Source of the DNA: an uncultured Bacilli bacterium
GTDB lineage: Bacteria > Bacillota_I > Bacilli_A > RF39 > UBA660
Direction: 5' to 3'
Length of the DNA stretch: 34,562 bases
Assembly: GCA_947595345.1 (NCBI GenBank)
Contig: CANQEQ010000003.1
Span: 1-34,562, forward strand
Shown here: piece by piece, positions 28,960-34,562 of the stretch
How the letters are laid out: each line of letters starts with the position of its first letter
How positions within the stretch are numbered: position 1 is the stretch's first letter
The notes under the pieces: model-generated
The model's database searches: none
What the model was told of the DNA's origin: nothing
Seen by the model: only the letters and a program-made list of their open reading frames with translations
Program-made: the position numbers and the translations under genes

Positions 28960-29832
28960 TCATAAAATACCTAGTTTTTTTAGTATTTTCTTAAAAAATT
29001 CTTTTATTTTTTCAAGTATAACCTTAAAAATGTTCTTTTTTTCTTTATAATCTTCTTTATTTTCCATATTACTTTCTAAACTATTTTCTAAATTATCATT
29101 TATATTTTCTTCTTCTTTATTAGTTTCTATTGGAACTTCTTTAGGTGATGCTTCTTTAATTTCTTCTTTTTTATAAAAAGTTCCAAATTCATTTGAGATT
29201 GCAACCCAAGCATTATTATCTATTTTAACCCAAGTATAATTGCCTGCATCTTTTGTATCTAAAACATTATATATTCCTTTATTTATATAGCCTAATATTT
29301 TTCCATTAGGGGTTTCTCGTACATATAAATTGCTTATTTTAACTTCATATTGGTCTTTAGTTTTATCTCTTTTAGTAGGTGTTTTTAGATATTTCCATTC
29401 AACATAATTATATTGTTCAAAATCTTCCCAATTTCTAGCATTCCAACTTTTTTTATATTCTGATTTATTAAACCAACCAAAATGTAAATGCACTCCCGTT
29501 ACAGCTCCGGTTTTACCAGCTTTTCCTAGTTCCTTATTTTTATTAACTTTCTCACCCTTTTTAGTATTAATGCTTGCTAAATGTTCATATAAACCTACTT
29601 TATTAAGCCGGGGAAATAAAACATATATAAAATTACCACTAGTAGAATTGTAGCCTACCTCAAGCACTTCCCCATCCTCAAGAGGATAAACAGCTAAATT
29701 TTTATTGTTAGTTCCATAATCAACTCCAGCATGTAAAGTTCTTTTTTTAGTAATTGGGTGAATCCTATAACCAAAAGGACTAGTTATATAAGGATTATAA
29801 TTTTTAAATAAACGAAATCCATTTTTACTCAT
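28960..29832 (-). CDS. M23 family peptidoglycan endopeptidase with an SH3b-like domain
   Basis: ITSPFGYRIHP, HAGVD, TG..TGVHLHF; NLYVRETPNG...W..I....WV; amphipathic C-terminus; GGAGG RBS. Confidence 0.88.
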   Translation of the reverse strand: MSKNGFRLFKNYNPYITSPFGYRIHPITKKRTLHAGVDYGTNNKNLAVYPLEDGEVLEVGYNSTSGNFIYVLFPRLNKVGLYEHLASINTKKGEKVNKNKELGKAGKTGAVTGVHLHFGWFNKSEYKKSWNARNWEDFEQYNYVEWKYLKTPTKRDKTKDQYEVKISNLYVRETPNGKILGYINKGIYNVLDTKDAGNYTWVKIDNNAWVAISNEFGTFYKKEEIKEASPKEVPIETNKEEENINDNLENSLESNMENKEDYKEKKNIFKVILEKIKEFFKKILKKLGIL

Positions 29833-29858
29833 TAAATACCTCCTTTTATATTCTATTA

Positions 29859-29900
29859 AAAAAAATAATAACTAAATAATTAAATTATCTAGTTATTATT
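29859..29900 (-). terminator. Terminator after the 102-aa gene
   Basis: AATAATAACTA.ATAAT-taa-ATTAT.TAGTTATTATT with a T-run on -. Confidence 0.6.
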
Positions 29901-30204
29901 CTAAAGCACTACCTAACTTATTAAATAAAAATTTTATAAATTTATCTACCATATTACTAGCTTTAGTTGATATTTTTAAAGACATTTTAGTAGTTTTATT
30001 ACTATAATCAGTTTCAGGTTCTTGATAATTTTCAAGTAAAATATCTTTTCCATTCTTAACATCACTTTCAAATTCTTCAATTTTTTGATTAGTTAAAATA
30101 ACTTCTTCACCTTTTAATTTAGTATAATACCCACTTGAATACGAAATATAAAGACCTAGGAATGCTACTATTAAAAGTATAATAAAAATTTTAAATATTT
30201 TCAT
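29896..30204 (-). CDS. Hypothetical small protein with an N-terminal TM anchor
   Basis: GGTG RBS; GYY....E...LT...I.EFE.DV..GK; sporulation-sigma-like promoter. Confidence 0.78.
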   Translation of the reverse strand: MKIFKIFIILLIVAFLGLYISYSSGYYTKLKGEEVILTNQKIEEFESDVKNGKDILLENYQEPETDYSNKTTKMSLKISTKASNMVDKFIKFLFNKLGSALE

Positions 30205-30253
30205 ATAATCACCAGAACAAGTATATTAAATCTACAAGATAAAATATGTCGTT

Positions 30254-31141
30254 TTAAGGATTTTTACTTATATAATCATATAACATATTTGCAATTACTT
30301 TTAAAGTATTATTTACTTCTTCAATTGTATTATCAACTCCCCCTACTTCAATTAAAAATACATTCCGAGAAAAATCTTGATTATAAACACCATTTACATT
30401 AGCACCTTTTTTTTCATATATTCCCCGACTTAAACCTTTATAATTTTTATTTAAGTAATCATTTAAAATAGTTATTTTTTCTTTATTTTCTTTATAATTT
30501 TCATTCTCTAAACCTAGTAAAAACATTACTTTAGCATAACTTACGCCATCTATTTCTATGGTTGTTATATCTCTTTTAACACTATCTCTATGTAAATCTA
30601 TAAAATAATTAAGTTCCACGTTTCTAAGTTTTTCTTCTTCCATTAATCTTCTACTTATTTTATAACTATCCTTGTATTCTAATTTTTCTTTATTTAAAAT
30701 TTCAACTACATTCTCTTCTTCAACTAAACTATTAATTCCAAGTTTCTTTAATTCTTCTTCTAAGATGTAACTAGCTGTTCTTACAGTTGGGGTTATATTA
30801 TAAAGAGCATTTTTCTTATAACTATATTCTTCATTTGAATGGGTATTATAAATATAGACAATTGGTTTGTTGGTATTATAAGCTATATTAGAAACTTCTA
30901 AATCTAAACTTTCAGGAGCTTCTTTAAAATATTTTATAGCTTTCTTATTTTTTATATAAAAGTTTAAAAAATCAAACTTAATATTAGGAGCCATTTCTTT
31001 AGTAAACTCTAATTTTAGAATTTTTAAAATTTTTTTATCTAAATCTTTACTTGTCAATTTGTAACTTAAAACTAAGGACATTACTAATAAACTTAGAATA
31101 AAAATAGTATAAATAAACTTGATAAATTTCAAAAATATCAC
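30254..31141 (-). CDS. spoIIP: Stage II sporulation protein P (amidase/endopeptidase)
   Basis: VYIYNTHSNEEY, SY..SR, FIDLHRDS, YNQD, LIEVGGVDNT; the true start may be TTG at 31132. Confidence 0.9.
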   Translation of the reverse strand: MIFLKFIKFIYTIFILSLLVMSLVLSYKLTSKDLDKKILKILKLEFTKEMAPNIKFDFLNFYIKNKKAIKYFKEAPESLDLEVSNIAYNTNKPIVYIYNTHSNEEYSYKKNALYNITPTVRTASYILEEELKKLGINSLVEEENVVEILNKEKLEYKDSYKISRRLMEEEKLRNVELNYFIDLHRDSVKRDITTIEIDGVSYAKVMFLLGLENENYKENKEKITILNDYLNKNYKGLSRGIYEKKGANVNGVYNQDFSRNVFLIEVGGVDNTIEEVNNTLKVIANMLYDYISKNP

Positions 31142-31193
31142 CAGTAAAGTATATGTTTTAAATTTTAATATATGAAAAAAGAATTAGTTTAGG

Positions 31194-33725
31194 CTAATTC
31201 TTTAATAATTTTTCAAGTAAATTTTCTTCTTCTTTTAATTTTTCTCTTTCACCATCTACTAATTCTTTAGGAGCTTTAGTTAAGTAACCTTCATTACTTA
31301 ATAACTTCTGACGTCTTGCTATACTACTTTTTAAGTTTTCTATTTGATTTTCTAAAAGCTTTTTATCACCTTCGGTTAACTCTTTTTCATAATAAATATC
31401 TAAACTATAATAATTATCAGTAACCGGGTATTTGGTAGTATTAATATCTTTTTCTGTAATATGGCTTTCTAACTTTAACATTTTAATTACTAAATCTGGT
31501 ATATTAGTATTAAATTTAACTTTAAAGTCTTTACCTATATTATTTTCTTGTTTTACATTTCTAAATAATTTTATAAAATCTACAATATGAGTAACTTCTT
31601 CCTCTTCTTTTTTAAAGAGCATTTTAGAATTATATTTAGGATAATCACTTATCATTATATTAGGACTATCAGAAAAAGGCAATTTAGAATAGATTTCATC
31701 AGTTACATAAGGCATTAAAGGATGTAACATTTTTAAAACATTTATAAGAACATAATATAAAGTAGATAAGGTACTTGAAGCAGTTAAACTAAATTTAGCA
31801 ACTTCTATGTAAGTATCACAGAAATCACTCCAAATAAAGTTATATAAAATGCTATTAACATTATTAAATTCATACTTATCCATATATTTTATAACATCAC
31901 GTATAGTTTTATTAAGTCTTGTAATAATCCATTTATCTTCTGGCTTTAAATTAGTTAATTTATAATCACTTTCTTTAAAATTTTCCATATTTAAAAGGCA
32001 AAAACGAGAAGCATTCCATAATTTATTTATAAAGTTCCAAGAAGCTTTAACTTTGGTTGTATCATATCTTAAATCTGTTCCTATACTAGTTGATGTTACT
32101 AAAGTATAACGAAGAGCATCAGCACCATATTCTTCTATTACATCCATTGGGTCAATTCCATTACCTAAAGATTTACTCATTTTAAGACCATTTTTATCAC
32201 GAATTAAACCATGAATTATACATTCTTTAAAAGGTCTTTCCTTCATAAATTCTAAGCCTTGGAAAGTCATACGATTAACCCAAAAAGGAATTATATCATA
32301 AGCTGTAACTAAACAATCGTTAGGATAATATCTTTTAAGTAATTCGGTATTATCAGGAAAACCTAATGTTGAAAAAGGCCACAAAGCACTTGAAAACCAA
32401 GTATCTAAAACATCCTCATCTTGTACCCATCCTTCTCCTTTTGGAGCTTCCATTCCAACATAAACTTCCTCCCCTTTATACCAAGCCGGAATTCTATGTC
32501 CCCACCAAAGTTGACGAGAAATACACCAGTCATAGGTAATTTCCATCCAATGTTCCATAATTTTTTCAAAACGACGAGGAACAAAATTAACTTTTGTATC
32601 TTTATTTTTTTGATTTTTTAAAACATTATCAGCTAAAGGACGCATTTTAACAAACCATTGACGTGATAAATAAGGTTCTACCATGGCATTAGTCCTTTCA
32701 CTATGACCAACTGAATGAGTTATTTCTTCAATATTAATTAATAAATCTTTATCTTTTAATTCTTTAACTAATTCACGTCTACAATCAAATCTATCCATTC
32801 CTTTATAATAGATAGCATTTTCATTCATAGTTCCATCAGGATTAATTACAACAATTCTTTCTAGATTATGACGATTTCCAACTTCAAAATCGTTAGGGTC
32901 ATGAGCTGGAGTTATTTTAACTACACCTGTTCCAAAGTCAGGGTCAGCATGAATATCAGCAATAACCGGAATTTTTTTATTTACAATTGGTAAAATAACA
33001 TTTTTTCCAATATATTTTTTATAACGTGAATCTTTAGGATTAACAGCAACAGCTGTATCTCCAAATAAAGTTTCTGGTCTTGTAGTTGCAACTTCTAAAT
33101 AGTCACTACCATCTTCTAAAAAGTATTTTATATGGTAAAACGCACCTTTTACTTCTTTATAAATTACTTCTTCATTAGAAAGAGCTGTCATAGCTTCAGG
33201 GTCCCAATTAATAATTCTTTCACCCCGATAGATTAAACCTTTATTATATAAAGTAACAAATACATGTCTAACAGCTTTATTTAAGCCCTCATCTAAAGTA
33301 AATCTTTCTTTATCATAGTCAAGTGATAATCCAAGTTTAGCCCATTGCTTATGAATATTAAGTGCATATTCTTCTTTCCATTTCCAAGCAACTTTTAACC
33401 ATTCATCTCTTTCCATAGAGCGAGGATTAATTCCTTCGTCTTTTAATTTTTTATCAATTTTGGCTTGGGTTGCAATTCCAGCATGGTCCATACCAGGTAA
33501 CCATAAAGTATCATAACCTTGCATTCTTTTATAACGAATAATTGTATCTTGAATACCTGTATCCCAAGCATGTCCTAAATGTAATTTTCCGGTTACATTA
33601 GGAGGTGGTATAACTATACAAAACGGCTTTTTACTTAAATCACCACTTTTAAAATACCCACTTTTAAGCCAATTATCATACTTTAATGCTTCTACTTTAG
33701 AATGTTCATATTTATTATCTAACAT
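31194..33725 (-). CDS. valS: Valine--tRNA ligase
   Basis: PPPNVTGKLHLGHA, GMDHAGIATQ, WCISRQLWWGHRIP, DVLDTWFSS, KMSKS, C-terminal coiled coil. Confidence 0.98.
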   Translation of the reverse strand: MLDNKYEHSKVEALKYDNWLKSGYFKSGDLSKKPFCIVIPPPNVTGKLHLGHAWDTGIQDTIIRYKRMQGYDTLWLPGMDHAGIATQAKIDKKLKDEGINPRSMERDEWLKVAWKWKEEYALNIHKQWAKLGLSLDYDKERFTLDEGLNKAVRHVFVTLYNKGLIYRGERIINWDPEAMTALSNEEVIYKEVKGAFYHIKYFLEDGSDYLEVATTRPETLFGDTAVAVNPKDSRYKKYIGKNVILPIVNKKIPVIADIHADPDFGTGVVKITPAHDPNDFEVGNRHNLERIVVINPDGTMNENAIYYKGMDRFDCRRELVKELKDKDLLINIEEITHSVGHSERTNAMVEPYLSRQWFVKMRPLADNVLKNQKNKDTKVNFVPRRFEKIMEHWMEITYDWCISRQLWWGHRIPAWYKGEEVYVGMEAPKGEGWVQDEDVLDTWFSSALWPFSTLGFPDNTELLKRYYPNDCLVTAYDIIPFWVNRMTFQGLEFMKERPFKECIIHGLIRDKNGLKMSKSLGNGIDPMDVIEEYGADALRYTLVTSTSIGTDLRYDTTKVKASWNFINKLWNASRFCLLNMENFKESDYKLTNLKPEDKWIITRLNKTIRDVIKYMDKYEFNNVNSILYNFIWSDFCDTYIEVAKFSLTASSTLSTLYYVLINVLKMLHPLMPYVTDEIYSKLPFSDSPNIMISDYPKYNSKMLFKKEEEEVTHIVDFIKLFRNVKQENNIGKDFKVKFNTNIPDLVIKMLKLESHITEKDINTTKYPVTDNYYSLDIYYEKELTEGDKKLLENQIENLKSSIARRQKLLSNEGYLTKAPKELVDGEREKLKEEENLLEKLLKN

Positions 33726-33744
33726 AATTCCTCCTTAAAAATAT

Positions 33745-33955
33745 AAAAAACACGATTTTCCAAAGGACGAAAAACCGTGTTACCACCTTAATTTGTAATA
33801 TACATTACCTTAAAATCTTAATGCGATTAACAATATATTTTACTAAAGTTCAAATATATACCTCCAAAGCTACCTTCTATTATCTAATTATTAGTTTGCA
33901 CCACCCACTAACTCTCTTAAAATCTTGATAATATACTCCTCTTTTTCATAGGTTT
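33745..33955 (-). promoter_or_regulatory. T-box riboswitch, valine specifier
   Basis: On -: AGTA, AGAGAG, GGTGGTGCAA, specifier GAAG-GTA (Val, 33873..33871), T-box AAGGTGGTAACACGG, terminator ACACGGTTTT/AAAATCGTGT-TTTTT; promoter TTGCTT-17-TAATAT at about 33990..33962. Confidence 0.88.
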
Positions 33956-33993
33956 GTCTATATATTAGCATAATTTTTTTTAAAAAGCAAATA

Positions 33994-34230
33994 TTAAGTA
34001 TTAGCTTTTTTATTATTATCAATGATTTCTTTTATTTCTTCTTCATTCATTCCAGTTGATTTTTCTATTAAATCTAAAGAAGTTCCATTATTATAGAAGT
34101 TAATTACCATTTCTCTTTCTTTTTGAATAGCACCTTCTTGAACCCCAGCATTAAAAGATTTTTCTTCAGCTATTTTCTTATCATTAATTGCTTCTAGCTT
34201 TTCAATATATTCGCTCATCTCTTCGTCCAT
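33994..34230 (-). CDS. Rpn/PD-(D/E)XK family C-terminal-domain small protein (cassette 1)
   Basis: EKSFNAGVQEGAIQKEREMVINFYNNGTSLDLIEKSTGMNEEEIKEI matches the Rpn tail pattern G..EG....MV.N....G.....I...TG....EI. Confidence 0.7.
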   Translation of the reverse strand: MDEEMSEYIEKLEAINDKKIAEEKSFNAGVQEGAIQKEREMVINFYNNGTSLDLIEKSTGMNEEEIKEIIDNNKKANT

Positions 34231-34562
34231 ATAGTTTTTTCTAAAGGTTATATCCTCTGATATTTTAGAAAGTTCTTCTATATAACCTTTTAACTCCTTT
34301 TCCTTATTTTCTATTTACTTCCTATTTTTTTAATTATTTCTTTTATTTCTTCTAAAGATAAATTTTATATTTCTTTAATGTCTTCTAAAGTTAATCCCTT
34401 TTTGGCCATATTAATTACCATATCTATTTTATTTTGCATAATACCGGCGTTAAAAGCTTTTTCTTCAGCTATTTTCTTATCGTTAATTGCTTCTAGCTTT
34501 TCAATATATTCGCTCATCTCATCATCCATATAATCTTTTCTAAAGGTTATATCCTCTGATAT
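34145..34562. repeat. Direct repeat of at least 119 bp with a 299-bp period
   Basis: 34145-34263 vs 34444-34562, 8 mismatches by hand alignment (about 93%); the second copy is cut by the window end. Confidence 0.92.
34311..34562 (-). pseudogene. Second Rpn C-terminal cassette with an internal stop; frame open to the window edge
   Basis: ISEDITFRKDYMDDEMSEYIEKLEAINDKKIAEEKAFNAGIMQNKIDMVINMAKKGLTLEDIKEI*NLSLEEIKEIIKKIGSK*; TAA at 34367..34365, TAG at 34313..34311. Confidence 0.68.

Noticed and set aside
32421-32621. 66-aa plus-strand ORF
   Set aside because: Lies within valS on the opposite strand
34145-34562. The 299-bp repeat as a CRISPR, DGR template/variable repeat or IS end
   Set aside because: The units are protein-coding with mostly synonymous or conservative differences. 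No reverse transcriptase, cas gene or terminal inverted repeats are visible in the window.

Overview
Very AT-rich (roughly 25% GC by eye) chromosomal window from a low-GC, probably spore-forming Bacilli lineage. An RF39-like organism is my inference from the gene content. Genetic code 11. The window spans the replication terminus. Genes are mostly on + up to about 16 kb and almost all on - after 17.5 kb. A 28-bp Firmicutes-type dif site (16758-16785) sits in the ~930-bp AT-rich gap where GC skew flips, 2.4 kb from a xer recombinase gene. Most content is housekeeping: HIT, NUDIX, an Ala T-box with cmk-alaS-holA, upp, mscL, a flippase-GT2-P-type ATPase operon, rarA, xerD-deoB, mnmA, rseP-cdsA, the L21 leader with rplU-prp-rpmA, nusB-xseA-xseB, and a Val T-box with valS. 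The engulfment genes spoIIM and spoIIP are also present. The most unusual items are a tandem array of Rpn (PD-(D/E)XK) C-terminal cassettes running off the right edge, a highly symmetric dif next to xer, a PcfJ-like plus LRR-like 591-aa protein, an orphan coupled between xseA and xseB, a Dps-like protein lacking its ferroxidase ligands, a DeoB with a remodelled substrate site, and near-complete GATC avoidance.
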